Made by a program: the position numbers and the translations under genes
Part shown: piece by piece, positions 1 to 9,414 of the stretch
Layout of the letters: each line of letters starts with the position of its first letter
How positions within the stretch are numbered: position 1 is the stretch's first letter
Notes under the pieces: generated by a model
What the model was told of the DNA's origin: nothing
Databases searched by the model: none
Seen by the model: only the letters and a program-made list of their open reading frames with translations
NCBI GenBank assembly: GCA_963716195.1
Contig: OY970293.1
Coordinates: 152,462-216,461, forward strand
DNA: 64,000 nucleotides
Origin: an uncultured Solirubrobacterales bacterium
GTDB lineage: Bacteria > Actinomycetota > Thermoleophilia > Solirubrobacterales > JBBDJG01
Direction: 5' to 3'

Positions 1-417
1 GTCGTAGCCGCCCTCGCCGAAGTGGTAGTGACGGAGCACGCCACGGCGGTCCCACAGATACAGCGACGGCCACACCTCGTTCCCGTACTGCTTCCAGACC
101 TGGAAATCCGGGTCCGGGGCGACGGCGAACTCGATCCCCAGGCGGCGGACGGCGTCGGCGACCTTGTCCTGGCTGGCGCCGAACCCGAACTGGGGCGAGT
201 GCACGCCGATCACGCGCAGGCCATGCTCGCCGTAGCGGCGATGCCATTCCTGCAGGTAGGGAAGAGAGCGAAGCGCGTTCAACGAGCAGTAGTCCCAGAA
301 CCAGACCAGCGCGACGCTGCGCCCGAGCAGCGTGGACATCGGCAGGAACGGGACGTTGATCCACGCCAGATCGGATGGGAATTCCGGTGCGTTGATCTCG
401 CTCGGCGGCGTGCGCAT
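1..417 (-). CDS. Thioredoxin-fold redoxin (TlpA/DipZ-like), C-terminus beyond window edge; CxxC degenerated to C-S-L-N-A
   Basis: Hand translation from the ATG (complement of 415-417): MRTPPSEINAPEFPSDLAWINVPF...VALVWFWDYCSLNALRSLPYLQEWHRRYGEHGLRVIGVHSPQFGFG...VWPSLYLWDRRGVLRHYHFGEGGYD. It is colinear with the thioredoxin domain of the DipZ-like ORF at 61802-63544. It is absent from the ORF track because there is no stop inside the window. Confidence 0.6.
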   Translation of the reverse strand, partial: MRTPPSEINAPEFPSDLAWINVPFLPMSTLLGRSVALVWFWDYCSLNALRSLPYLQEWHRRYGEHGLRVIGVHSPQFGFGASQDKVADAVRRLGIEFAVAPDPDFQVWKQYGNEVWPSLYLWDRRGVLRHYHFGEGGYD

Positions 418-427
418 GAACCGCAGC

Positions 428-808
428 CTATCCGTGTGCGGGCGGCGGTACGACAGGCCAGCGGGCGCGCCGGTCCGGCCGTGGGTTCTCGCGCAGAGCG
501 AGCACCATCCTCCCCTCGTCGATCACGTGCAGGCCGGAGCGAACCTCCTCCACCCAGCGCCTCCACTGGCCGCGGTACAGGCGAGCGCGGAGCAAGGTTT
601 TCGTGCTCCCGCGTCCGGCGGGAACTTGGCCGCTCCAGCCGCGCGTTCCGCGAGCAGAGACGTCTGCTGCGCCGTGGACGAACTCAACGGAGTCGAAACC
701 GTGCCGCCACGCCGCCTCTACGATCCTGTCGGCCCAGGCATCGACCTGGTCCGTGGCGTAGCCGTGCCAGTCGAGGCGGACCGTGCTCGTGTCGTAGTCG
801 ATGTCCAC
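428..808 (-). CDS. Smr-domain-like protein (tentative)
   Basis: 126-aa ORF. RLDWHGYATDQVDAWADRIVEAAWRHGFDSVEFVHGAA resembles the Smr core (LDLHG...HGxG). Its stop lies 11 nt before the start of the next minus-strand gene. Confidence 0.45.
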   Translation of the reverse strand: MDIDYDTSTVRLDWHGYATDQVDAWADRIVEAAWRHGFDSVEFVHGAADVSARGTRGWSGQVPAGRGSTKTLLRARLYRGQWRRWVEEVRSGLHVIDEGRMVLALRENPRPDRRARWPVVPPPAHG

Positions 809-1190
809 GGCGGTAGTGTGTCGCGCGATGACGAGTCGTGAGAGTTGGCGTGCCGCAGCGGCGCTGTTCTGGATGGCCGCGGGATCGAATCACTTCCTCA
901 ACAAGGACTTCTACACGGCGATCGTGCCGCCGCCCCTCGATCGCTGGAAGGATGAGGTCAACGCGCTCGCCGGAGTCGCGGAGCTGGTCGGCGGGCTGGC
1001 GGTGCTGCCCGAGCGAACACGCCGCGGCGCGCGCTGGTGGCTGCTCACAACACTGATCGCCATCTATCCGGCGAACATCCACATGGCCGTTCGCCACGAG
1101 CGCTTTCCGCAGTACCCGAAGCAGCTGCTGTGGGCACGCCTGCCCGTGCAGGGCCTGTTTGCCTGGCTGACCTGGCGCGGCACAAACTGA
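801..1190 (+). CDS. DoxX-like small membrane protein
   Basis: 129-aa ORF with hydrophobic segments and AGSNHFLNKDFYTAIVPPPL...IAIYPANIHMA, typical of DoxX-like membrane proteins. An alternative ATG start is at 828. Confidence 0.6.
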   Translation: MSTAVVCRAMTSRESWRAAAALFWMAAGSNHFLNKDFYTAIVPPPLDRWKDEVNALAGVAELVGGLAVLPERTRRGARWWLLTTLIAIYPANIHMAVRHERFPQYPKQLLWARLPVQGLFAWLTWRGTN

Positions 1191-1192
1191 GC

Positions 1193-2179
1193 TTGTCCCC
1201 GAAGGCGGTGACGTTCGTCGTGCCGCACCTGCGCCCGTCGTCGGGGGGCGTCTACACCACGGTCGAGTTCGCCCGTCACCTTGCTTCGCAGATGACGATC
1301 AATCTCGCCGTGCGGCGCGGTGCGCAGGAGCCGGTGGAGGGCGTGAACGTGTTCGCTTCCGGCGCGCTCGACGGCGACGTACTGCCCGATGCCGACCTGC
1401 TGATCGTCAATGCCGACGCGGAGAAGGCCGAGCTCGCGTCGGCCCTGCCGGCCCAAAAGGGCAGACCCGTGCTCTTCCTACAGGGCTACGGCGAGCCCGG
1501 CAACCCGGCGGTCGTGTCCAACCTCGAGCGATTCGAGGTCGCGATCACGGGCGCTCACTGGCTGGTTGAGGAGGCGGCTCGGTATGGCTGCCGCGCGACC
1601 CACATCACCTACGGTCTCGACCGCGCGTTCTTCTTTCGCGGTGCGCCGGCCGGTGCGCGGCCGCAGCGCGTCGCGATGATGACCCACGTCCTCGATTGGA
1701 AAGGCACCGAGGACGGCCTAAAGGCGCTCGCGCTCGTGCGGGCCGAGTTGCCCGACGTCGCGATCGATCTCTACGGCCTGCGCGCCCCGGACTTCCCGGC
1801 AGCCAGTTTCCTGCCGGAGCTGTCCGGAAACCGCCCGGCGATCGGAGCGCTCATGCGAGAGAACGCGGTGTTCGTCTGCTCGAGCTGGGAGGAGGGCTTC
1901 GGGCTGTCCGGCCTCGAGGCGATGAGCTGCGGCGCGGCGCTTGCCACGACGGACACGAAGGGAAGCCGCGACTATGCGTTCCACGGCGAGACCGCGCTCG
2001 TCACGCCACCGCGCAGGCCGGACCTGCTTGCGGAGAGCGTCGTCACTCTGCTGCGCGACACCGAGCTGCGAGGCCGCATCGCCGATCGCGGCGCCGTTCA
2101 TGCCGCCGCCGCCTATCCGGACTGGCCGGAGGCGGCGCGGCGTCTGCGTCAGACGCTCGACACTCTCGTCACTCAGTGA
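1193..2179 (+). CDS. Glycosyltransferase, GT-B fold (family 4/1-like)
   Basis: C-terminal EGFGLSGLEAMSCGAALATTDTKGSRDY is the GT4 E-x7-E region. The track ORF starts at 1037 and overlaps the upstream gene, so I prefer the in-frame TTG at 1193. Confidence 0.7.
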   Translation: MSPKAVTFVVPHLRPSSGGVYTTVEFARHLASQMTINLAVRRGAQEPVEGVNVFASGALDGDVLPDADLLIVNADAEKAELASALPAQKGRPVLFLQGYGEPGNPAVVSNLERFEVAITGAHWLVEEAARYGCRATHITYGLDRAFFFRGAPAGARPQRVAMMTHVLDWKGTEDGLKALALVRAELPDVAIDLYGLRAPDFPAASFLPELSGNRPAIGALMRENAVFVCSSWEEGFGLSGLEAMSCGAALATTDTKGSRDYAFHGETALVTPPRRPDLLAESVVTLLRDTELRGRIADRGAVHAAAAYPDWPEAARRLRQTLDTLVTQ

Positions 2180-3213
2180 CGAACGACTGAGTCCACCACG
2201 CCGGCTAGGACCGTGCCGACTGCCTGCACGGAGAACATGTCGATCGCCCGCTCGCGGGCGAGCGCTCCAAGGCGACCGCGTAACTCCGTGGAGCGCAGCT
2301 GCTCCAGCGCGCGAGTCAGGGCATCGGGGTCATCGGGCGGCACGATCAACCCGCTGTCGCCGAGCGCCCAGCGCAGCGGTGGGAGATCGCTGGCAATCAT
2401 TGCCCGGCCCGACATCATGCCGTCAATCAGCTTCACGGGCAGTTGGCCGCGGCCGTAGACCGTCGGGCTCGAGGCGACGACGACAACGTCGGTCCGATCG
2501 ACGAGAGCCAGCCCGTCGGCGACGCCGGTTCTTCCGACCCAGCGTTCGTGGGGCTGCGCGTCCGGCGGCGCGGGCGAGGTGACTGTCAGCGTGGCCCCGG
2601 AAATCCTGCTCACCGCTTCGCGCAGGACGCCGACACCTTTGTGGGGACGGGGAGTGCCGACGAACGCCACGTCGAGCGATTCGTGGTCGGAATGCTCCCG
2701 GCCCGCCGGTCGCACCGCGCGAGCGTGAGGCACGACAGTGCCCTCGCCGTACCAGCGGTGGATGCTGGGGTTCGAGACGGTAATTGGCCCGACGCTGCGG
2801 GCGCGCCGGCGCAGCCGATAGGCGGTCCAGGGCGGGTGCCCGCGCGCGGCCTGGCGCAAGAACGACACGAGCGCCTTTCCTCTCGTCTCGCCGTACGCGC
2901 GCTCCCAGTCCGGGTCGTCCACGTCGAGCACGAAAGGGATCGCCAGCCGCCGGCTCAACTCGAGGCCGCGGTCGAACGAACCCGGCAGCGGCTTGACGAC
3001 GATGAGCGCGCTTGCGCCTGCGGTCGCGGTCTCGGAATCGGTGGTGACGTCGGCCATGAATTCGTCCTCGCCGCGCACCGGCCGCCAGATGGTGCTCAAG
3101 TCCGGCACGAGGACACTGGTCTGCCAACCGAGATGGCGAGCCACGAGCCACAGCGAGTACGCACGACCGAGCGCATTGCCCGCCGCGCTGGGCGAGAGAA
3201 GACAAACCTTCAT
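2173..3213 (-). CDS. Glycosyltransferase family 4-like
   Basis: 346-aa ORF. N-terminal MKVCLLSPSAAGNALGRAY and a C-terminal GT-B sugar-donor domain (GQLPVKLIDGMMSGRAMIASD). Confidence 0.7.
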   Translation of the reverse strand: MKVCLLSPSAAGNALGRAYSLWLVARHLGWQTSVLVPDLSTIWRPVRGEDEFMADVTTDSETATAGASALIVVKPLPGSFDRGLELSRRLAIPFVLDVDDPDWERAYGETRGKALVSFLRQAARGHPPWTAYRLRRRARSVGPITVSNPSIHRWYGEGTVVPHARAVRPAGREHSDHESLDVAFVGTPRPHKGVGVLREAVSRISGATLTVTSPAPPDAQPHERWVGRTGVADGLALVDRTDVVVVASSPTVYGRGQLPVKLIDGMMSGRAMIASDLPPLRWALGDSGLIVPPDDPDALTRALEQLRSTELRGRLGALARERAIDMFSVQAVGTVLAGVVDSVVRH

Positions 3214-3231
3214 GACGGCGCAGGGACGGCG

Positions 3232-4509
3232 TCAGGCGAGCGCGCGCTCGAGCTCGCGCTCGAGTGCCGCGGCGACCGGGTCGTGCAGCGACGTTCCGTC
3301 CAGGCGTGACGCCACGACGCCGAGGAAGCCCCCGACGAGCAGGCGCTCCGCCTCACTGCGGTCGAGCCCCCGGGTGCGCAGATAGAAGACCTGCTCCTCG
3401 TCGATCTTGCCGATCGTTGCCGCGTGCGTGCAGCGAACGTCGTTCGCCTCGATCTCGAGGCCAGGGATGGCGTCCGCGTGCGCAGTGTCGCTCAGCAGCA
3501 GGTTGCGGTTCTCCTGAAAGGCGTCGGTGCGCTGCGCGGGCGGATCGACGCGGATCATCCCGCTCCACACGGCGCGCGCGCGGTCGCGGAGGATGCCGCG
3601 AAACGCTAAGTCCGAGGTGGTGTCCGGCGCCGCGTGCTCCTGCGTGGTGTCGTAGTCGATGCGCTGGTTGCCGTGACCGACGTAGGCGCCGGTAACGCGT
3701 CCGTCCGCGCCGCGACCTTCGAGCGTCGTCTCCATCCGCAGCTTGCCGTCGCCCGCGCCCAGACCGAGCCCCACCCAGTGCAGCGAGCCGTCACGGGCCA
3801 CGCTGGCGCGCTGGCTTCCGAGCACCCAGCTCTGCTCGGACAGGTCCTGAACGCAGAGGTAGCTGACGCGGGCGTTCTCGCCGACCGTCAGTTCGACAAC
3901 CGGGTTGAAGTAGGCGTCGAGCCCGTCGTCGCTCGACAGGTACTGCTCGACGAGAGTCAGCTCGGCCCCTTCCTCGACCACGATCAGCGAGCGCCAGTGG
4001 AGGGCGGTGCCGTCAGTCGCCTGGATGGCGGTCAGAACGACTGGATCGGAGACGCTGACGCCCTTCGGCACGTAGACGAATGCGCCGCCGTGCCAGCGCG
4101 CCGTGTTCTGGGCCGCGAACTTGTCGCGGTCCAGGACCAGGGCGCCGAGGTGCGCGCGCACGAGCTCAGGATGTTGCTCGATGGCCTTTTCCAGCGTCGT
4201 CACGATCACACCCTCGGGAGCGGGAGTCGCGTCGTGCGAAGCGGAGCCGTCGACTTGCTGGACCGAGGCGTGGCCCGTCGACTCCATGACCGGCAGGCGA
4301 CTCGGCAGGGTGTCGAGGTTGCCGTCGGAGGCGGGTTCGAACGTATCGAGGTCGAAACTCGACAGGTCCGTGAACTCCCAGCCCTTGTCCTTCTGAACCG
4401 GGACCGGCAGGGTCTCGAACGCTTCCTCGCCGCGTCGGCGGAGAGCGGTCAGCCAGTCGGGCTCGGTTGTGTTGCGCGAAGCGGTTGCCTGACCACCAGC
4501 GCTACCCAA
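3232..4509 (-). CDS. sufD: Fe-S cluster assembly protein SufD
   Basis: 425-aa ORF with the SufBD beta-helix C-terminus ([55 protein letters not shown]). Overlaps the sufB stop by 8 nt. Confidence 0.9.
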   Translation of the reverse strand: MGSAGGQATASRNTTEPDWLTALRRRGEEAFETLPVPVQKDKGWEFTDLSSFDLDTFEPASDGNLDTLPSRLPVMESTGHASVQQVDGSASHDATPAPEGVIVTTLEKAIEQHPELVRAHLGALVLDRDKFAAQNTARWHGGAFVYVPKGVSVSDPVVLTAIQATDGTALHWRSLIVVEEGAELTLVEQYLSSDDGLDAYFNPVVELTVGENARVSYLCVQDLSEQSWVLGSQRASVARDGSLHWVGLGLGAGDGKLRMETTLEGRGADGRVTGAYVGHGNQRIDYDTTQEHAAPDTTSDLAFRGILRDRARAVWSGMIRVDPPAQRTDAFQENRNLLLSDTAHADAIPGLEIEANDVRCTHAATIGKIDEEQVFYLRTRGLDRSEAERLLVGGFLGVVASRLDGTSLHDPVAAALERELERALA

Positions 4510-5935
4510 TCGAGCCCTCCATCTGGAGCTCGATCAGACGGTTCATCTCGACCGCGTACTCCATCGGCAGCTCGCGCGTGAACGGCTCGATGAAGCCGCC
4601 GACGATCATGCCCGAGGCTTCCTCCTCCGAGAGGCCGCGGCTCCGCAGGTAGAAGAGCTGCTCTTCGCCGATCTTGGAGACGGTCGCTTCGTGGCCCACG
4701 TCTACGTCGTCCTCGCCGATCCGGATCGTCGGGTAGGTGTCGGAGCGGGAGTTCTCGTCGAGCAGCAGCGCGTCGCAGACGACCTTCGACTTCGACTCGC
4801 TTGCGCCGGGCGCGATTTCGAGCAGACCGCGGTAGCTGGAACGCCCCCCATCCTTCGAGATCGACTTCGACGTGATCGTGGAAGTGGTCTTCGGCGCCAC
4901 GTGCACGGCCTTGCCGCCGGCGTCCTGGTGCTGGCCCTTGCCCGCGAACGCGATCGAGAGCACCTCGCCGTGTGCCTCGGGGCCCATCAGGTAGATCGAC
5001 GGATACTTCATCGTCAGCTTGGAGCCGAGGTTGCCGTCGATCCATTCCATCTTCGCCTGCTCATGCGCGATCGCGCGCTTGGTGACGAGGTTGTAGACGT
5101 TGTGCGACCAGTTCTGGATCGTCGTGTAGCGGACGCGTGATCCCGGCTTGCAGATGATCTCCACTACGGCCGAGTGGAGCGAGTCGGTCGTGTAGGTGGG
5201 AGCGGTGCAGCCCTCGATGTAGTGCACGAACGAGCCCTCGTCGGCGATGATCAGCGTGCGCTCGAACTGGCCCATGTTCTCTGTGTTGATCCGGAAGTAG
5301 GCCTGGAGTGGCATCTCGACGTGCACTCCCGGCGGGACGTACACGAACGAGCCGCCCGACCAGACGGCCGAGTTGAGCGCCGCGAGCTTGTTGTCGTTCG
5401 CCGGGATCACGGTGGAGAAGTACTCGCGCACGAGGTCCTCGTGCTCACGCAGGCCGGTGTCCATGTCCTTGAAGATCACGCCCTGCTTCTCGAGGTCCTC
5501 GCGGATCTGGTGGTAGACGACCTCCGACTCGTACTGGGCGCCGACGCCCGCGAGGTACTTCCGCTCCGCCTCCGGGATGCCCAGCTTGTCGAACGTGTTC
5601 TTGATGTCGTCGGGGACCTCGTCCCAGGTGCGGCCCTGCTTCTCGGACGCGCGCACGAAGTAGTGGATGTTCTGGAAGTCGATGCCGTCCATGTGTCCGC
5701 CCGACCAGATGGGCATCGGGCGCGCCTCGAAGTGCTCGAGCGCCTTGAGGCGAAAGTCGCGCATCCACTTCGGCTCGTCCTTGTGCGAGGAGATGTCCTC
5801 GACGACTTCGCGGCTGAGACCCTTCTTCGCCTTGAAGGCGTAGTTCTCGGGGTCGTGGAAGCCGTATTCGTAGCCGTCCTTGATCCCCTTCAGGTCGTCA
5901 GGTGGTTTGACTGCTGCAATCTCGGGCGTAGCCAT
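4502..5935 (-). CDS. sufB: Fe-S cluster assembly protein SufB
   Basis: 477-aa ORF with strong SufB signature blocks ([66 protein letters not shown]). Confidence 0.95.
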   Translation of the reverse strand: MATPEIAAVKPPDDLKGIKDGYEYGFHDPENYAFKAKKGLSREVVEDISSHKDEPKWMRDFRLKALEHFEARPMPIWSGGHMDGIDFQNIHYFVRASEKQGRTWDEVPDDIKNTFDKLGIPEAERKYLAGVGAQYESEVVYHQIREDLEKQGVIFKDMDTGLREHEDLVREYFSTVIPANDNKLAALNSAVWSGGSFVYVPPGVHVEMPLQAYFRINTENMGQFERTLIIADEGSFVHYIEGCTAPTYTTDSLHSAVVEIICKPGSRVRYTTIQNWSHNVYNLVTKRAIAHEQAKMEWIDGNLGSKLTMKYPSIYLMGPEAHGEVLSIAFAGKGQHQDAGGKAVHVAPKTTSTITSKSISKDGGRSSYRGLLEIAPGASESKSKVVCDALLLDENSRSDTYPTIRIGEDDVDVGHEATVSKIGEEQLFYLRSRGLSEEEASGMIVGGFIEPFTRELPMEYAVEMNRLIELQMEGSIG

Positions 5936-5937
5936 AG

Positions 5938-6237
5938 CTATCGAACCTCCAGCTTGATCACGCCGTCCTCGACGCGGAGTGGAAAAGTATCAACGGGCAT
6001 GTAGGCCGGCAGCGTCTTCGGTCGGCCGGTCGTAATGTCGAACAAGGAGCCGTGGCGCGGACATTCCACGGTCCTGCGCTCAGGGTCGAAATCCCCTTCG
6101 GCGAGGGGGCCGTCGTCGTGCGAGCAGCGATCCTCGATCGCGTACAGCTCGCCGTCGGCGTTGAAGACGCCGATCTTGCGGCCGTCCACCTCGACGATGC
6201 GCGACTTGCCAGGCGGCAGCTCGCTCAAAGAGCACAC
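5938..6237 (-). CDS. Rieske [2Fe-2S] ferredoxin associated with the suf cluster
   Basis: 99-aa ORF with CSHDDGPL...CPRHGSLF (Rieske CxH...CxxH). Its stop lies 2 nt before the sufB start. Confidence 0.85.
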   Translation of the reverse strand: MCSLSELPPGKSRIVEVDGRKIGVFNADGELYAIEDRCSHDDGPLAEGDFDPERRTVECPRHGSLFDITTGRPKTLPAYMPVDTFPLRVEDGVIKLEVR

Positions 6238-6271
6238 CTCGATTTGGTTTGTTGTCGTGGAGTCAGTAATT

Positions 6272-6311
6272 GGAAATTAGAAATTAGAATTTCCTACTGC
6301 TGTAGTAGGAA
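6272..6311. promoter_or_regulatory. Nested palindromes in an AT-rich island between sufU and the Rieske gene (candidate operator and/or internal attenuator)
   Basis: GGAAATT(6272-6278)-N9-AATTTCC(6288-6294). This overlaps hairpin TTCCTACT(6291-6298)-GCTGT-AGTAGGAA(6304-6311). GAAATTA is duplicated in tandem (6273-6286). I count about 29% GC for 6261-6315. Confidence 0.35.
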
Positions 6312-6334
6312 TTTTAGCCGCCCCGGGGATGGGG

Positions 6335-6775
6335 CTAAACCTCGCTCCTCATGCGGGCGGCCTCTTCAGGGCTGACGTCCTCGGCGTCCTGGGCGCCGCT
6401 TGGCCACTCGTCGGTCCCGAGCAGGGCACCCTGTACGACCTTGAGCGACAGGAGGCCGCACTTGAGGCGGGTGGGGGAGAGATCTATGCCCAGTTCCTCG
6501 ACGACGAAGTGGCGGTCGAGGGCGGCGATCTCCGCCACCGTCTTGCCCTTCAGCTCGTCGGAGATGATCGACGCCGCGGCCTGCGAGATCGCGCAGCCGC
6601 GGCCGTGAAAGCGCAGGTCGGCGACCTTGCCCTCATCGAGCTTCACGTGCACGCCGAGCTCGTCCCCGCACAGCGGGTTGAGGTCGTGGAACTCGGCGTC
6701 CCGCTCGTCCAGCTCACCGAAGTTCCGCGGGTTCTTGTAGTGGTCGAGGATGTACTCGCGGTAAAGAGCGTCCAT
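6335..6775 (-). CDS. sufU: SUF-system Fe-S scaffold / sulfur acceptor SufU (NifU N-terminal family)
   Basis: 146-aa ORF: LYREYILDHYKNPRNFGEL...NPLCGDEL...GRGCAISQAAAS (three conserved Cys of SufU/IscU). Confidence 0.9.
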   Translation of the reverse strand: MDALYREYILDHYKNPRNFGELDERDAEFHDLNPLCGDELGVHVKLDEGKVADLRFHGRGCAISQAAASIISDELKGKTVAEIAALDRHFVVEELGIDLSPTRLKCGLLSLKVVQGALLGTDEWPSGAQDAEDVSPEEAARMRSEV

Positions 6776-8037
6776 CAGGCTCCGAACACCGCCTTGGCGC
6801 CCTCGATTGCGCCGACCAGGCGGTCGACGTCCTCGCGGTTGTTGAAGACCGAGAACGACGCGCGGGCGGTCGCCGCGACGCCCAGCCTCTCCATCAGGGG
6901 CTGCGCGCAGTGGTGACCGGCACGAATGCAGACGGCCTCACGGTTGCAGAGCTCAGCGAGGTCGTGCGGGTGCAGGCCCTCCACGTTGAAGCTCAGGAGC
7001 CCGCCGCGGGAGTCAGGGTCGACGGGTCCGTAGAGCGTCACGCCGGGGATCGCGCCGACGCGCTCGAGCGCGTACGCGGTCAGGTCGCGCTCGTGTGCTC
7101 GCACGGCATTCATCCCGAGGTCCCGCAGGTATGCGACGGCCGCGCCGAGCCCGGCCGCCTCCGCGATGGCCGGGGTGCCCGCCTCGAACTTCGCGGGCAC
7201 GGGAGCCCAGCTCGAGCGGTCACGCTCGACCTTCTTGATCATCGAGCCGCCGCCGAGGAAGGGAGGCATCGCCTCGAGCAGCTGAGGACGCCCGTAGAGC
7301 ACGCCAATGCCGGTCGGACCGAGCATCTTGTGGCCGGTGAAGGCGTAGAAGTCGACATCGAGGTCGCCGACGTCGACCGGCATCTGCGGCACGGCCTGGG
7401 CGCCGTCGACGAGCACGAGCGCACCGGCGTCGTGTGAGCGCGCTGCGATCTCCGCGATCGGGTTGATCGTCCCGAGCACGTTGGACACATGGGTGACGGC
7501 GACCAGCTTCACGCTGCCGCCGGAAAGCTTGGTGTCCAGCTCAGCGAGGTCGAGCGCCCCGTCGTCCCCGGCGGTCAGGTAGTCGAGCGTCGCGCCGCGC
7601 TCCTCGCAGAGGAGCTGCCAGGGGACGATGTTCGAGTGGTGCTCCATCTCGGTGATCAGCACCACGTCGCCGCTCGCTACGTGTTCGCGTGCCCACGTGT
7701 AGCGGACCAGGTTGATCGCCTCGGTCGCGTTGCGGACGAAGATCGTCGCGCTGGGGTCGGCGCCGACGAGCCCCGCGACGGCGGTCCGCCCGCCCTCGTA
7801 GAGGTGCTCCGCCTCCTCGGCGAGCTCGTGCATGCTGCGATGCACGTTCGCGTTCGAGCGCCGGTAGTAGGAGTCGATGGCCTCGATCACCGTCAGCGGC
7901 TTCTGCGAGGTTGCGCCGTTGTCGACGTACACGAGCGGCTTGCCGTTGATGCGGCGCTCGAGGATCGGGAAGTCGGCCCGTATCTGCTCGAGCGGGCGGG
8001 GCAGACCTGTGCCGGGAGGTGTTGTCGCGACCTCCAC
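6775..8037 (-). CDS. sufS: Cysteine desulfurase SufS (class II aminotransferase V)
   Basis: 420-aa ORF: FPILERRINGKPLVYVDNGATSQKP, FTGHKMLGPTGIGVLYG (PLP lysine), RAGHHCAQP (catalytic Cys loop). Confidence 0.95.
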   Translation of the reverse strand: MEVATTPPGTGLPRPLEQIRADFPILERRINGKPLVYVDNGATSQKPLTVIEAIDSYYRRSNANVHRSMHELAEEAEHLYEGGRTAVAGLVGADPSATIFVRNATEAINLVRYTWAREHVASGDVVLITEMEHHSNIVPWQLLCEERGATLDYLTAGDDGALDLAELDTKLSGGSVKLVAVTHVSNVLGTINPIAEIAARSHDAGALVLVDGAQAVPQMPVDVGDLDVDFYAFTGHKMLGPTGIGVLYGRPQLLEAMPPFLGGGSMIKKVERDRSSWAPVPAKFEAGTPAIAEAAGLGAAVAYLRDLGMNAVRAHERDLTAYALERVGAIPGVTLYGPVDPDSRGGLLSFNVEGLHPHDLAELCNREAVCIRAGHHCAQPLMERLGVAATARASFSVFNNREDVDRLVGAIEGAKAVFGA

Positions 8038-8039
8038 CG

Positions 8040-8810
8040 TCAGGCGCTCACCTTCTGCTCGTGCTTCTCGCGTACCCAGTCATAGCCCTTGTCCTCGAGC
8101 TCGGAGGCGAGGCCGGCGCCACCCTCCTCGACGACGCGCCCGTCCAGCATGATGTGGACGTAATCGGGGGCGATGTACTCGAGGATGCGCCGGTAGTGGG
8201 TGATGATCAGGACGCCCAGATCCGGGCCGCGCATCGCTTCGACGGCGTTGGCGACAGTGCGCAGCGCGTCGATGTCGAGGCCGGAGTCCGTCTCGTCCAT
8301 GACGGCGATGAGTGGCTCCAGGATCGCCATCTGCAGGATCTCGCAGCGCTTCTTCTCACCGCCGGAGAAACCCTCGTTGAGGTAACGGCGGGTGAACTCG
8401 CGATCTACCTTGAGCAGGTCCATCTTCCCCTCGAGCGTCTTGCGGAAGTCCTTGAGGTTGATCGGGTCCTCGCCGCGCGCCTTGCGGTTGGCGTTGATCG
8501 CAGTGCGCAGGAAGTTGACGACCGATACGCCCGGGATCGCGGACGGGTACTGGAAGGCCATGAACAGGCCGGCGCGAGCGCGCTCGTCCGGGTCGGCTTC
8601 GGTGAAGTCCTTGCCCTGGAACAGGATCTTGCCCTCCGTCACCTCGTAGCTCGGGTGACCGAGGATCGTGTTGGCGAGCGTCGACTTGCCGGACCCGTTC
8701 GGGCCCATCAGCGCATGGACCTCGCCACGGGACACGGACAGGTCGAGACCCTTGAGGATCTCCTTGCCCTCGACCTGGACGTGCAGGTTCTGGATCTCGA
8801 GGTCGGCCAT
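8040..8810 (-). CDS. sufC: Fe-S assembly ATPase SufC
   Basis: The track ORF (8040-9086) has a 92-aa arginine-rich N-terminal artefact. The true start is the ATG at 8810 ([45 protein letters not shown]), preceded by AAAGGAG. Walker A, LSGGE-like and Walker B motifs are present. Confidence 0.95.
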   Translation of the reverse strand: MADLEIQNLHVQVEGKEILKGLDLSVSRGEVHALMGPNGSGKSTLANTILGHPSYEVTEGKILFQGKDFTEADPDERARAGLFMAFQYPSAIPGVSVVNFLRTAINANRKARGEDPINLKDFRKTLEGKMDLLKVDREFTRRYLNEGFSGGEKKRCEILQMAILEPLIAVMDETDSGLDIDALRTVANAVEAMRGPDLGVLIITHYRRILEYIAPDYVHIMLDGRVVEEGGAGLASELEDKGYDWVREKHEQKVSA

Positions 8811-8833
8811 TGGCTCCTTTCGATGCCTTTCGA

Positions 8834-9361
8834 TCACGCCGTGGCCGCAGCGGATCGGCCCGCGGCGGAACGGCTCTTCGACTTTGCCTTGGTCTTTGTC
8901 TGTGACGTCTTCTTGGCGGTCACGCCGTGCTCGGCGAAGTCGACCAGCTCCGCCAGCGTCGTCTGCTCGAGCGCCCGCGTGATGCCGCCCTGGACCCGAG
9001 TCCAGAGCAGTCGCGTCGCGCAGTGCTCGAAGCCGTCCAGCTCGTGGTTGCAGAGGACGCGCATCTCGCCAGGCTCGGCGAGGCACTGCATCGGCGCCAT
9101 CGATCCGCCCTCGAGCGCAGCGACCACCTCGGCCATCGTGATGCCGTCCGCCGCCCGCCCAAGCTCGTACCCTCCGTGCGCCCCCCGCGTCGATTGCACG
9201 AGCCCCGCTTCGCGCAGGCGCGCGATCAGGTGCTCGAGGTATGACAGCGGCAGGCCCTCCGCGGTGGCGATGTCGGCGAGCGACACCGGCCCTTCCTCGC
9301 GCCGGCGCCCCAGCGCGATCATGACTCGCACCCCGTACTCGGATCTGGTTGAGAACATCAT
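8834..9361 (-). CDS. Rrf2-family transcriptional regulator (probable Fe-S-sensing regulator of the suf cluster)
   Basis: [18 protein letters not shown]...[42 protein letters not shown] is a canonical Rrf2 wHTH. Three Cys are spaced C-x10-C-x9-C. The C-terminal tail is Lys/Ser-rich. Start ATGATG at 9361 is preceded by GGAGGT. Confidence 0.85.
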   Translation of the reverse strand: MMFSTRSEYGVRVMIALGRRREEGPVSLADIATAEGLPLSYLEHLIARLREAGLVQSTRGAHGGYELGRAADGITMAEVVAALEGGSMAPMQCLAEPGEMRVLCNHELDGFEHCATRLLWTRVQGGITRALEQTTLAELVDFAEHGVTAKKTSQTKTKAKSKSRSAAGRSAAATA

Positions 9362-9414
9362 TGAATTCCTACCTCCACGGTCAGGATAACAGTGGCGGTA
9401 CCTGGGGACTCCTT

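Noticed and set aside
8019-9389. Long antisense ORFs opposite real genes (for example 8019-9389 +, 32512-34674 -, 48058-49908 -, 50401-51966 -, 11047-12183 +, 13104-13991 -, 14003-14962 -).
   Set aside because: These are Arg/Ala/Pro/Gly-rich translations with no family resemblance. Each lies opposite a confidently identified gene. They are typical shadow ORFs of high-GC genomes where stop codons are rare.
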